A stretch of DNA of 64,000 nt. Origin: Macrostomum lignano. Taxonomy: Eukaryota. The first letter of the stretch is position 1, and each line of letters opens with the position of its first letter. The stretch lies in NCBI GenBank assembly GCA_002269645.1, contig NIVC01000815.1, positions 62,001-126,000 of the forward strand, given 5' to 3'. The notes under the pieces are model-generated. The model was not told the origin of the DNA, made no database searches, and saw only the letters and a list, made by a program, of their open reading frames with translations. Shown in pieces: positions 13,203-25,041 of the stretch. Made by a program: the position numbers and the translations under genes.

Positions 13203-13511
13203 GGTAATGGCTAGAGTTCTGGCACTGGAACTCATTTTCTAATGGCTAGGCCTAGGCCTATGGATCTGGCAGTCTTTTGCAGGCAGTTTTCTATTAATTA
13301 AGTCTTTAAACATTAGAAATATCTTGTTTTGAATCTCATTGTTTCATTTTGATCTTATCTGGAACAAAATCCTAATATCAACCATCTATTAAAAAAGTAA
13401 AATATTTCTTTTACATTATAGGCCTACCCATAAATTGCACTACTGGAATACCATTGCCGGATCCATAGCCATTAGAAAATGGGTTCCAGTGCTAGAACTC
13501 TAGCCATTGCC
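13203..13511. repeat. Inverted repeat (arms about 60 bp), MITE-like foldback
   Basis: AATGGCTAGAGTTCTGGCACTGGAACTCATTTTCTAATGGCTA...TGGATCTGGCA (13206-13272) is the reverse complement of about 13455-13508. The TSD is unclear. Confidence 0.65.
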
Positions 13512-13646
13512 ATCTGATAACAAGACAATCTGGCAACAAATGATCTGGCAATAGTCAATCTGGTACTCCAGCAACAAAGTGTATTACAAATAAAAGCTAT
13601 TTAATCTATTAGGCCTATCTAGCATTTATACAGATTATTAAAGCTT

Positions 13647-14621
13647 GGCAATCTTCAAGTTTCGTTCGTTAAATTATTTTTTCAATGATTTCTGAACTAT
13701 CTTGCTCTGAGATGATTATTTTCGAGCTCTCCAGTGTACCCAGCCGAGCCAGCCCTTTCTTAGCTGAGAAAGTAGCAGTTTTGTTAATATTATATATCTA
13801 ATGTACCATAAAGCCGTTGGTAGGCAAAGGAATGTCTATGGCCCATATTACGATAATGTAATGATGACGTGGCTTTCACTTATGTGGCATTTTAGCAAAG
13901 AACATCTATGGGGAATAAAGATGCTACTGTACGCAGCTTTAGGGGTGGCATGGAATAATATCATAAGCAGTTAACAGACAAGCAGCTAATACAGTATAAG
14001 ACTAATATACTATGGCAGGACAACCAGCGGCACCCACTTTTATTGTACTAGTAGCACAAGTGCAACCAGCTGCAGCTTTGTGCAACATTACCAATTGTGG
14101 TAAACCACCAATTGGCCTTCGTGAACCCTCTAGATCCAACTGTATATACGAACCTAATTGAGGGCACCTGGGCACACTGCAAGGCCAAGCTAAGGGCAAT
14201 GCACGGTACATCATAGGCCCTGTTTGAAACCTACCTAGATGAGTTCATATGGCGCCATCTGGACCCTGTCAATCCATTTGGGAACATCCTATACTGGATT
14301 GCACATTACTATAATGTCTAAGCATTGAGTTCTATGTGCTAAACTGTTGCTACTGAACTGGACTGCTACTACTGCCCCTGTTGTATCCCACTGTGTTACT
14401 ATTTCTGTCTGTTTGTACTCAGCGTTACATGTTAGCTTTGCTTGTTTGCATCTTATATTTCCGGCTTTATGGTACCTTAGAGGTTAATATTAACAAAGCT
14501 GCTACTTTCTTAGCTAGGAAGGGGCTAGGTACACTGGAGAGCTCGAAAATAATCATCTCAGAGCAAGATAGTTCAGAAATCATTGAAAAAATAATTTAAC
14601 AAACGAAACTTGAAGATTGCC
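13647..14621 (+). mobile_element. Internally deleted Merlin (IS1016/IS1595-like DDE) DNA transposon
   Basis: TIRs of about 165 bp with GG...CC ends and a perfect 8-bp TSD TAAAGCTT (13639-13646, 14622-14629). The interior 14100-14321 translates VNHQLAFVNPLDPTVYTNLIEGTWAHCKAKLRAMHGTS*ALFETYLDEFIWRH..., the ISXO2/Merlin transposase C-terminal signature, with a premature stop. Confidence 0.88.
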
Positions 14622-15112
14622 TAAAGCTTATATTATACTAATTGTTTTTTTAATATTATAAAATTTTGCAAGTTTATTTATGCAGAATTTTGTAAACTAA
14701 ATGGAATAATTATGTATGTATATAATATAGTATATTCTATATTTTGCAAATTATATATATACATGAAAGTTACAATACTATTAGCATCTTTGATTCTCAA
14801 ATATTGTTAAAAAGAAAAAGACTTAACAATTATTTGCTTAAAAGCTTTTATATATTTGTATAGTTTATATATAGCGATGAATAAATAAATATAAGTGAGG
14901 TCCAATTTATATAAGATGTATAAACATTAAATATTTGTATTATATAATAAACAGCTTTAAGTTTAACTCACAAGGTAAAATTTTAATTATTACAATAACT
15001 TAAATTAGGATTGATATATCCAAAATTAAAATAAGAGCATTGCATACATATCTAAAACATTAAATGCAATCCAAAAATCTACAAAAAATCTGTTGCTAGA
15101 TTGTTTATTGTT

Positions 15113-16346
15113 GGGAGTACGACGTTTGCTTGTGGGAAGTTTGCTTGCCAAAGTTTGCTTGCAGGAATTTTGCTTGCCGAAGTTTGCTTGCCAAGTTTGC
15201 TTGCAGAATTTTGCTTGCCAAACTTTGCTTGCGGAATTTTGCTTGCCGAAGTTTGCTTGCCAAACTTTGCTTGCGGAACTTTGCTTGCGGAACTTTGCTT
15301 GCCGAATTTTGCCTACTGAAGTCTGCTTGCCGAAGTTTGCTTGTGGAATTTTGCTTGCCAAAGTCTGCTTGCCGAACTTTGCTTGCAGGAAATTTGCTTG
15401 CAGGAATTTTGCTTGCCGAGGTTTGCTTGCCGAAGTTTGCTTGGGGAATTTTGCTTGCCAAAGTTTGCTTGCGGAATTTTGATGTCTGCTTCCTAAAAAT
15501 TTGCAATCACAATTGTAAGGTTTTAACTTGCCAAATTATTTTCTTGTTTGCTTGCTTGTTTGATGGCTTGTGAAGTTGGTAAGTCAATTATTACATACTA
15601 CAGTTGCTTTGCAAGTGGATTCTTATCAGCATCGACATAAACTGACTTGACACTGATTTTAAAAAACCCATTTTGGGAACTTTTTAGTGCACTGCACTAA
15701 ATCCGCTACTGCAGAGCGTTGGGTATCCTAACGAGTCAACAATTCACAGATTGGTGGTACATGCTATATATGGAAAATCTATTCTGTACATTTTGCTGCC
15801 TAAATCATTCGACATGTATTGTTGTCCAATTTTTGTTGAAATATATTCCCAGTAAAAACCTAAATTATTACATTTCTGCATTACAGCTTTTGAAATCTGC
15901 CATATTCTCATACAAAATGAAAATTAGAAATAAAAGAGCTCAAAAATTGGTTCTTTATGGTTCCGCTAAAAAAACTTTGGATAGCGAACCTCGATCAGCA
16001 AGCAAATTTCCTGCAAGCAAAGTTCGGCAAGCAAAGTTTGGCAGGCAAAATTCCGCAAGCAAACTTTGGCAAGCTTATGTGCAGCAAGCAAATTTCCTGC
16101 AAGCAAAATTGGGCAAGCAAACTTCGGCAAGCAAAGTTCGACAAGCAAAACTCGGCAAGCAAAATTCCGCAAGCAAAGCTCGGCAAGCAAACCTCGGCAA
16201 GCAAAAATTCCACAAGCAAACTTCGGCAAGCAAAATTCCGCAAGCAAACCTCGGCAAGCAAAATTCCGCAAGCAAACTTCGGCAAGCAAAAGTCCCGCAA
16301 TCAAACTTTGGCAAGCAAACTTCTCGCAAGCAAATTTCATAGACCC
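15113..16346. mobile_element. GGG-terminated MITE with inverted arrays of TTTGCTTGC subterminal repeats and 8-bp TSD
   Basis: Left array 15123-15480 and inverted right array about 16000-16335. Ends are GGGAGTACGA / TTTCATAGACCC. TSD is TTATTGTT (15105-15112) vs TTATTGTC (16347-16354). Confidence 0.8.
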
Positions 16347-16598
16347 TTATTGTCATTTTGACTATTGCCAAATTGTCTTGTCACTAGGTTGATTAGAAGC
16401 CTAAAGTATCTAATATGTAAATTAATTTAGTCAAATGCATTCATCAAAATCAAGTCTATTAGTATTAAGTATTGTCTATTGACTTAGGGCCTAACATTGA
16501 TTTTCATTGATGATCTGCATTGTACTCAGTGTTCATTTCTTCCCATACAAATCTATTATACAACAATATATACAAAATTGTCAAATTATAAGTCCTAT

Positions 16599-16794
16599 CA
16601 AACATGCGCAACAGTTGGCCAAGTCGACAAAAATGCCCACCTGAAAAAATAATCCTGCCATTTACCCAAAGTTGCGTTAATTTAGCTTTAGTGTTTTTTT
16701 ACATGTAAGTTGCATTTTTGGTCAAAAACTACATCGAATTTTTGTTAAAACTAAGTCGCATGGCCAACCAAATTTTTGAGGTTGTGCATGTATG
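16599..16794. mobile_element. Second, inverted and decayed copy of the 8362 hAT MITE
   Basis: Reverse-complement match to 8362-8636 with an internal deletion. Ends are CAAACATGCGCAAC / GTTGTGCATGTATG, and most differences are CpG transitions. Confidence 0.85.
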
Positions 16795-17899
16795 ATATCC
16801 AACATCACCATGAAATTGCAGTCTATCAAAGCTTAAATTGAGATCCAAAAAATGCTTTTTATATTTAAAATATTCAAGTTAGAGGCATTAGTAGTTAGGG
16901 TTAAAGTTAGAGTTAGGGTTACAGTTATTATCATTTCATTGTTCTTTCATTTCATTGCTATCTGTAGCCTATACTGGGTATTCACTATGTACACTGAGCT
17001 CTATCGTTGTGCTTTTTGTTTTCATGTTTAAAGCAAGAAACTTATATCCCAAACTTAGCATTGTGAGCTCTTTCAAGCAATATAAGTCTTTCTTCTCAAA
17101 GTATAAAACTCAAAGAATAGTTAGCCTTTAAAATTTTCCAATTTCTTAACTATTTGCCTGAAAGGCTTGCAAGTTTGTTCATTGAATTTCACTCCCCAGC
17201 TAATACAGAGGGCTGATTGAATCTTGACACAGTCCTATCTATCATTTTACACTGTACATTGCTATGTATATTCAGCCTAAGCCCAACCCCCTGTTCTAGG
17301 AGAAACATCAAATTTAATTGTGCCCTAACATAGGGAAGTTATTTGCCTTGAATGTGGAACATATGCACTTATGCCCTCCCCCAATATATAGCAACCTGCA
17401 GACAGAGGTTAGGGTGGCTTTTTTACAAACAAATTGCAACCCTTCTACTGGAGAGGCAGAGTAGCCACAGAAAGGCAAAAGAAGATTAAGAAATAAGTTT
17501 TCTGTTTTTTTAGAGAACTTAAAATATGAGAACTTCTATATAAGTTTCAATGCTAAGTTGCAAGTAGCCTAGGAAGAGTTACATTGCATACACACATACA
17601 TATACAACACAAAATTCATATGCAAAATGAAAAGGCAAATATAGTGGTGAACTAGAAAAATTAAAAAACATGAAGTTAAAGTGAAAAAGACTATTATACA
17701 CTTTTTAGACAAACATTTCTTATGCAAACAATAAATGTTACTATTTAAACAATCCTTTTGTTTACTGATTATTTCTAATATAAATATTTAAAGTTTCAAA
17801 GCCATTCAAAACAAATGCATTGACTATTACAAACATTAACAAATATTCAAAAGAAGTATAATCTAATAGCCAATTAGAAAAACAAGTTAGTATCAAATC

Positions 17900-18300
17900 A
17901 ATGGGCTACTTATTTTTTAAATCATTTAGCTTTTTATAGCAGTATTAGCCTTCTTAGTTGCAGCCTCTACTATACATTATTTTGTTGCTAGTTCTTTTTC
18001 AACCTTCTCCATTTCTTTTCTTTGGCACTTTTTAATTTAGTTTTGTTGATCTTTAGCAATCTACTTTTCTCTATTGTTATTATGCCTTTTGGGACCAATT
18101 TTAAATAGTCTTTATTTGCCTAAGTATACTTGGGGTTACTTTGATCAAAATTAGTGCATTGTCTAATTGAAGAATAGCATTATATATAATCCATTGAGCA
18201 ATAATGCTTTTGTTAAAAGGGTTTTTAACCATGTGAGTTTTATTGATAGAAAATCCATTCTTTTTGCTTGTCTATGCAAAAGAACTATGAACATACAAAC
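17900..18300 (-). pseudogene. Heavily mutated DNA-transposase C-terminal remnant
   Basis: The minus strand gives FIVLLHRQA..GFSINKTHMVKNPFNKSIIAQWIIYNAI, followed by many in-frame TAA/TAG codons. This resembles the LSHGQAxVERGFSxNKxxxVENLxxxSLxAQRxxYDxI motif of hAT-like invertebrate transposases, recalled from memory and not searched. Confidence 0.5.
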
Positions 18301-21300
18301 AACAATCTAAAGTTTATATAATTTAGTCAATTCAACTTTGGTGTTAAATACCTGTGGAAAAAAGTATATAAATGATTATCAAAAGCATTGAAGGTCTGCA
18401 AAGCTTCAATGATTCCATTATATCCTTACAACCTTGGCCTAGCAGTAGTGGGTATTACAAAGTATAGTACTAAGTAAAGGTAGGTCCTTGCTTAGCCTGC
18501 AATTAGGTGCTAGGGCAAGAAATTCCTAAAATTCTAGAGTATTAAGAAATGCCCATATATTGGGATACAGTGGTGTCAATCACTTTTAGCAAGGCATCAG
18601 GATGCACTGGCTAGTGTACAAAATGCATATATATAATTTTGTTTATAATATATATTTTACCTGTGCTCTCCTTTAACCTAGCCAAGTTAGTGTTAGGACA
18701 ACCCCCTATTCAACCCCCTAGGCAACCAAAAAGAGGAAGTTAGATTATACTTATGAAGTTTGCATAAGAGGCCAGCTAATATAACATAATAGCCTTTTGA
18801 TTTAAGTGATTAATTTGGCTAGTATCATCTAGCTTATCTGCCTAGTCTGCTAATGACAAATTATTGCATTATCCATGGATCAGAAGGTGAAAAAGAGCAA
18901 ATGAAAGTGCAGTCCTACCCCATGGCATAGCAAGTGCCACTAAATATCTAGCACTTGTGAGGGGAAGGCCAAACACTCTCTAACCCATCTCTGATCTCCC
19001 CCTCTACTGCCAAGCCAAACCCCTAGCCAACCACCTTGCCTAGGGGAAGGCAACATCAAAACTGCCACCTGGCCTAGCTATACACTAACCTGGCAATGCT
19101 GGTTGCAGCCAATCATAGTGCAAGGCTAAAGAAATAATTAGCAAATCATCCCAATTTAAACCATCAGCTGTTTTATATACAAAAATAGATAAAAAGGTGA
19201 CTTAACCTGCCTAAGAAGTCAAGGTGCATTTGCATTGCAAAATTGCATGCTACAATAGCTCTTTGGTTGCTATGAAAGTAACAAATTGACTCATTGCCCA
19301 ATTTTCCTATTTATGCATTAGCCATTTGCATTCAGTGAAAAGTTTTATTAACTGCTTGAACTACTATCTTAAATGCAGGTTGCAGCTTTATCCAAAAGCA
19401 ACAAAGGTGATAGCAGGCTAATTGCCTTTGCAAGCAGTTATGCTAATGGTCACTTTAAAATGAGCTTTTAAGTTTTTATTAAAAACTTCTAGCATGATAT
19501 GCAGAAGGCTAGCATCTATTCCTGACTGTCTTATATACCAATATTTGCAATTGCTTCTTGAGCTGCAGAACCAAAGTACACAATTGGCTTTTACATTTCC
19601 TGCTTATTTATATCTAGGTTCACCATCTTTGACACTGATATGCATTTTATTAGTTTGTTAAAGTTTAAAAGTTTTTAATTAGTTAAAGTTGAAAAAACTT
19701 ATTATTAAAAAATAAATTCATTACAAAAGTTGACTTATAAGCAACTTTATGTTTGGTATAAACATTTTGATTTACATTGGCTTTAAATAAAAAAACTTGG
19801 ATTTTTATTCTAGAATCTAGTATGTACGTATCATGATCTAGACTATAGGTTATAGACTTGCATAGCAAGTACATGGTTGTACATGGTTGTTTCTCTACTC
19901 ATCTAGCCAATAGAATGATTACTGGGTTGGTCTTGCATGATAGTATGCTTTCTCTTAGACAACCAAGTTAGACAATAGAGTAAAGGCATGCCAATAGAAA
20001 AGAATAGTGCTTGGGGAATGCAATAATTTCTCTGTCAATGTTGACCTTAAGCAAAGAGATATAAGTAAAACCAAAGATTGCATTGGTCCATATAGAACAA
20101 AGAAGCACTGAATCTGATTTCATATAATGTGGTTTTTTACTGATTTTACAAAACAGAAAACAGGTATACCTATTGGTATTATTATTTACATATTCAATTC
20201 TTTGTATGTGATTTTATGAAACTTTTTAACATAGGCAAAATAAAAACATCTTTGATTAAGGTAGCAAATTTTTCATATTATGTTTTTTTTCTTCAACTAA
20301 AATGTACTAATACTTATTTTTAACTGTCAAGGTTTTTTATTTTGCTAGTATAATATGGCTGAACTTAGTGCAAAAGCAAGTAGGCTACACTAGGTAACAA
20401 GGCAATACTGCAAAATGGTTTTTCATTTTTGAAAATAAGCAGACTGATATGCAAATAGGCACATGAGTAAGCTGCAGCTAGATCTATCCTGCTGCACTGA
20501 ATGTTTTAGCTACATTGTCCTTATTTCTCACAATTAAGAAGCATTCCATAGTAAGCTAAACAAGAGATTTGAGTTGGAGTATAATATAAAAATTAATTAA
20601 AAATAGTAAAATAAAAGATATATTCAATATTTAGAAAAACTCTACTTATATATTTAATTTTAGGCTGTATACCAGGTAGTTTATAGCCTACTCTATTTTA
20701 TCCTTGGTTCTTGAGAGAGTATAAATGGTAACAGCAAAGCATAAATGTATAGGAAACTGCAACCACCTAAATAGCACTGGTAGGCTTGCAGCATTGGGCT
20801 CTAGAGCAATCCTTGGTAGCATCACAATTTTGCCTTAGAAAGCATTAGAAGCAATCTGGCACTCTAGCACATTGGGTTGCATCTTGGCTACAATCAGTCT
20901 TATGCAATTGCACAACCTAGATAGATAAAGATTCTTTAGCAGCATCATGGGCACTCCCATCTTTAGCTTGATCATAGCTTGTCTTATGAAAGACGCAAGA
21001 GTTTCTAGACTTGCTGACAAAAGCCAATTTATATTAGTGCTTCTATTTGTGCAAGACAAATACTATTATACAGTTGTAAGATCATTTAGCAGCTAAATAG
21101 TCAAGGTGTCTTGACTTGGTTGATGGGCAGTTGCACATATATGATGATTTATTAAGTTATATGCAAAAGTTACAAATTTATATAATAGTTTGTTACTAGG
21201 AGATTACTTTTCAATTTGTTTTTTAGGCGTGATATTGCTACAAAAATGTAAAAGACGTATGTTTCTGCGGCTTTTTGTATATGTCAAGCAATATTATACT

Positions 21301-21335
21301 AAAGTAATTGATTTCAAATTCATGCCAACTAAAAC

Positions 21336-24300
21336 ATGGGTGGGGACAAAAAAGAGAAGAAAAAGAAGAAGCATCGTGAAGCTGAATTAGCTGATTCTGT
21401 CGGAGAGATGCACACATCCGAAAACTTCATCATTCAGCCATCAGAGCGAGTTGCCAGTCTAGATGCTTCTCATTGGCCTATCCTGTTGAAGAATTTTGAC
21501 AAGCTAAATGTGCGCACCAATCACTACACACCGTTGCCATTTGGCTGCTGTCCGTTAAAGCGTCCAATTAAAGACTATGTTTCGTGAGTGTTCAAACAAA
21601 TTGCTTTTACAGCTTTTAGTTCATCTTGGTAAACTTTTTGCTGAATGGATCAGAGGCAGGGGTTATGGTTGTTGTGTAATAGATTAGGGGCTATGGGAAT
21701 TGTATAATAGACCAGGGGCTATGGGAATTGTGTAATATACCAGAAGTTGTATAATAGACCAGGGGCTATGGGAATTGTGTAATAGACCAGAAGTTGTATA
21801 ATAGACCAGGGGCTATGGGAATTGTGTAATATACCAGAAGTTGTATAATAGACCAGGGGCTATGGGAATTGTGTAATAGACCAGAAGTTGTATAATAGAC
21901 CAGGGGCTATGGGAATTGTGTAATAGACCAGAAGTTGTATAATAGACCAGGGGCTATGGGAATATATTAATAAAAATATATATAGATATTTGAAATAAAT
22001 ATATTATTCAAATACGTTCCCTGCTACTAGCTTAGGGTTAGAAATTGTCCTAAATTAAAAATCCGATTTCTCAAACAGATCCGGCGTCATCAATCTTGAC
22101 AAGCCGAGCAATCCCAGCTCGCACGAGGTTGTCTCGTGGGTCAAGCAGATACTGAAGGTGGACAAAACTGGTCACAGCGGCACCCTTGATCCGAAGGTCA
22201 CCGGCTGCCTCATCGTGTGCATCGGCCGGGCTACCCGGTTAGTGAAGAGTCAGCAGTCTGCTGGCAAAGAGTACGTGGCCATTTTCAAGCTGCACTCTCT
22301 GGTCAAGGATGAGAAACGCCTTCTAGCCGCAGTTGAGACTCTCACTGGCGCTCTGTTCCAACGGCCGCCATTGATTTCGTCTGTTAAACGCCAGCTACGA
22401 ATTCGAACAGTGTATAAATCGAAGCTGTTGGAGTATAATGCCAACAGAGGAATTGGTGAGCCTGTTTTAGCCTGTTTAGCAAAACGCTTGTATTAGCTAT
22501 TGGCAAAGTAACAAAGGAAGGCATAAAAATTCGGATAGAACTATTCAATTTTCTTTTATTAAAAGTAAAACGCAGCAATAGTGTAGTCACTATTGTTGGT
22601 TCATTTAAAAAGAAGAAATCTACTACAATTGACTGCCGAACCCCAACCAGTTTATTTGTGGTCACTCACTCAGTCAGACATTATTTAGATTGATAATTTA
22701 AATGCAAATGAACTGGAAAAAGCATTAAAAGGACACAGTACTACTTTCACGTATTAAAATGTGAATCACGTTTTCCTAGTGTATAAGTGCCTAGTTGCCA
22801 CGTAAAACGTTTAGGTTTAGTTATAGTTAAGAGTTTTAATGAAGTAACCATTTAGAGCATTCATATGGTTCATGGTTCAATATGAATATCTAACACGCTG
22901 AACTGTAGGCATTCTGTGGCTTGACTGCGAGGCCGGCACCTACGTTCGCACGTTGTGCGTACATCTCGGCCTGCTGCTTGGCGTCGGCGGCCAGATGATT
23001 GAATTGCGTCGCGTCCGATCCGGCCTGCACAAAGAGAAGGTATTGAATGTTGATGTTTGAGGACAGCAAGATTCAGTATGTAGGGTTTTGTTACACACAG
23101 GTTTTCAGTAGGAGTCTTAATAAAGTGCTTATGGTAATTTGATAGGATTCTTAATATAGTGCTTATGGTAATTTGATAGGATTCTTAATAAAGTGCTTTT
23201 GGTACTTTGATAGGATTCTTAATATAGTGCTTTTGATACTTTGATAGGATTATAAAGTGCTTATGGTACTTTGATAGGATTCTTAATAAAGTGCTTATGG
23301 TACTTTGATAGGATTCTTAATAAAGTGCTTTTGGTACTTTGATAGGATTCTTAATATAGTGCTTTTGATACTTTGATAGGATTCTTAATAAAGTGCTTTT
23401 GGTACTTTGATAGGATTCTTAATAAAGTGCTTTTGGTACTTAGATAGGATTCTTAATAAAGGGCTTTTGGTACTTTGATAGGATTCTTAATATAGTGCTT
23501 TTGATACTTTGATAGGATTCTTAATAAAGTGCTTTTGGTACTTTGATAGGATTCTTAATAAAGGGCTTTTGGTACTTAGATAGGATTCTTAATAAAGGGC
23601 TTTTGGTACTTTGATAGGATTCTTAATAAAGTGCTTTTGGTACTTAGATAGGATTCTTAATAAGTGCTTTTGGTACTTTGATAGGATTCTTAATAAAGTG
23701 CTGAGTCTGACCTCAATTCAGTCATGACTGTACATCCTGTGTGAGTGTATAAGTGCATGCCTCGTATTGGCGCGCTTGTATGTGCTCAGGATCCAGCGCG
23801 CGGAATGGGCAGAATTGCCGTCAGCACTGATTGAACGCCCGCAGCCCTATTATCATCGGTATAGCAGCACCGATTACACTGCCCCACCCCCTCCTACAGG
23901 ACAACTTGGTCACCATGCACGACGTGCTAGACGCCCAGTGGATGTACGAGAATCACAAAGACGAGTCCTATCTGCGCCGCTCAATCCGGCCGCTTGAGTG
24001 CCTGCTAACCGGACACAAGCGCGTCTTTGTCAAGGACAGCGCCGTTAATGCAGTCTGCTACGGCGCCAGGATTCTGCTGCCCGGCGTGCTGCGCTACGAG
24101 GACGGCATCTCAGTTGGCGAAGAGATTGTCGTCTGCACTACTAAGGGCGAAGCCATCTGCATTGGTAAGTTGAAGATGAAACATCGCATTTTTTTAGCGT
24201 GAAATTGATTATAAAATACTTTTGGATTCCTTAATTGAAAATTCTCTATTAACAGTGGGTAAACAAATGTGTACTCTATTTTTTTAATTCTCAGCTATCG

Positions 24301-25041
24301 CCCAGATGACAACGGCGGTGATGGCCTCCTGCGACCACGGCATGGTGGCCAAATCCAAGCGAGTAATCATGGAGCGCGACACCTATCCGCGCAAATGGGG
24401 CCTCGGCAATCGGGCTGTTGAGAAGAAGAAGCTCATTGCCGCTGGCCTGCTTGGCAAATTCGGCAAGCCGAACGATAAGACGCCGAAAGAGTGGCTGCAG
24501 CACTGCCCGCCGCTTGAGCAGTCCGGCTCGGCTACTAAGTGAGTAAACAAATTCTTCCGTTTAATTCTATTGTATATTTGCTACTGTTCACTCGCTGTAC
24601 ACCTTGTGTGAGCGTGTGTATGAGTGCTGTGACTGAGTACAGTATTGGCGCGCTTGTGCAGTGTGCTCAGGAGTCAGCGGAATTGGCAGACTTGCCGTCA
24701 GCGCTGGTTGTGGGACGATGCCGCCGCCAGGGTGGTTTCAAAATATCTAAAATTCGTGTGCTACAGCTGAATTATATATTTATACATGATGAAGCATGCA
24801 ACAACAATTTCAGGTCACCTGCTAACGACAAAGGGGCTGAGACGACCGCATCGCCAAGCGCTTCAGCTTCAAAGGTAATAATTAATGGTTTTGATCGGGT
24901 CGTACGCTTCAGTTTATATCCACCAAGTAGCTTTATAATGTGCCTTGAATTATAATATATGATTGTTTTGTCTTCTAGAAGGCCGCCAAAAAGCCTGCGC
25001 CGCCGGACTCGTCCGATTCTGATTCGTCAGATTCCGATTGA
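21336..25041 (+). CDS. DKC1: Dyskerin / H/ACA RNP pseudouridine synthase (Cbf5); exons 21336-21583, 22079-22455, 22909-23039, 23900-24164, 24295-24538, 24814-24874, 24979-25041
   Basis: Shows [33 protein letters not shown], TruB motif [12 protein letters not shown] with the catalytic Asp, [11 protein letters not shown], the PUA domain and [12 protein letters not shown]. All introns are GT-AG with consistent phases. Confidence 0.97.
21690..21960. repeat. 47-bp minisatellite in DKC1 intron 1
   Basis: Unit GGGGCTATGGGAATTGTGTAATAGACCAGAAGTTGTATAATAGACCA, about 5-6 copies. Confidence 0.95.
23109..23702. repeat. 34-bp minisatellite in DKC1 intron 3
   Basis: Unit GATAGGATTCTTAATAAAGTGCTTTTGGTACTTT, about 17 copies. 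Confidence 0.95.
23723..23881 (+). ncRNA. Candidate structured intronic RNA, copy 1 (DKC1 intron 3)
   Basis: About 105 nt of clear similarity to an element in intron 5. It has a 5' hairpin with a TGTGTGAG loop, a GGCA-GAAT-TGCC stem-loop and an ACA at 23876-23878 after a terminal hairpin. No canonical ANANNA H box. Confidence 0.45.
24582..24768 (+). ncRNA. Candidate structured intronic RNA, copy 2 (DKC1 intron 5)
   Basis: Paralogue of 23723-23881. The 5' hairpin stem differs in sequence but still pairs (CACTC/GAGTG, TGTACAC/GTGTGTA). It carries GGCA-GACT-TGCC and an ACA at 24763-24765. Confidence 0.45.

Noticed and set aside
15026-16392. Many overlapping ORFs on both strands (FAC/ASK repeats)
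   Set aside because: They are translations of MITE subterminal repeat arrays.
22032-22041. TTAGGGTTAG in DKC1 intron 1 as a telomerase RNA template (also TTAGGG-like runs at about 16895-16920 and 44974-44992)
   Set aside because: The template sense (CTAACCCTAA) is on the strand opposite DKC1, no pseudoknot or CR4/5 context is evident, and the other runs are part of a shared dispersed AT-rich repeat.
22770-22900. U17/snR30-like m1 (TTCCTA) and m2 (ACCAT) motifs in DKC1 intron 2
   Set aside because: m2 is not about 7 nt upstream of an ACA box and the two motifs are not framed by a common hairpin.
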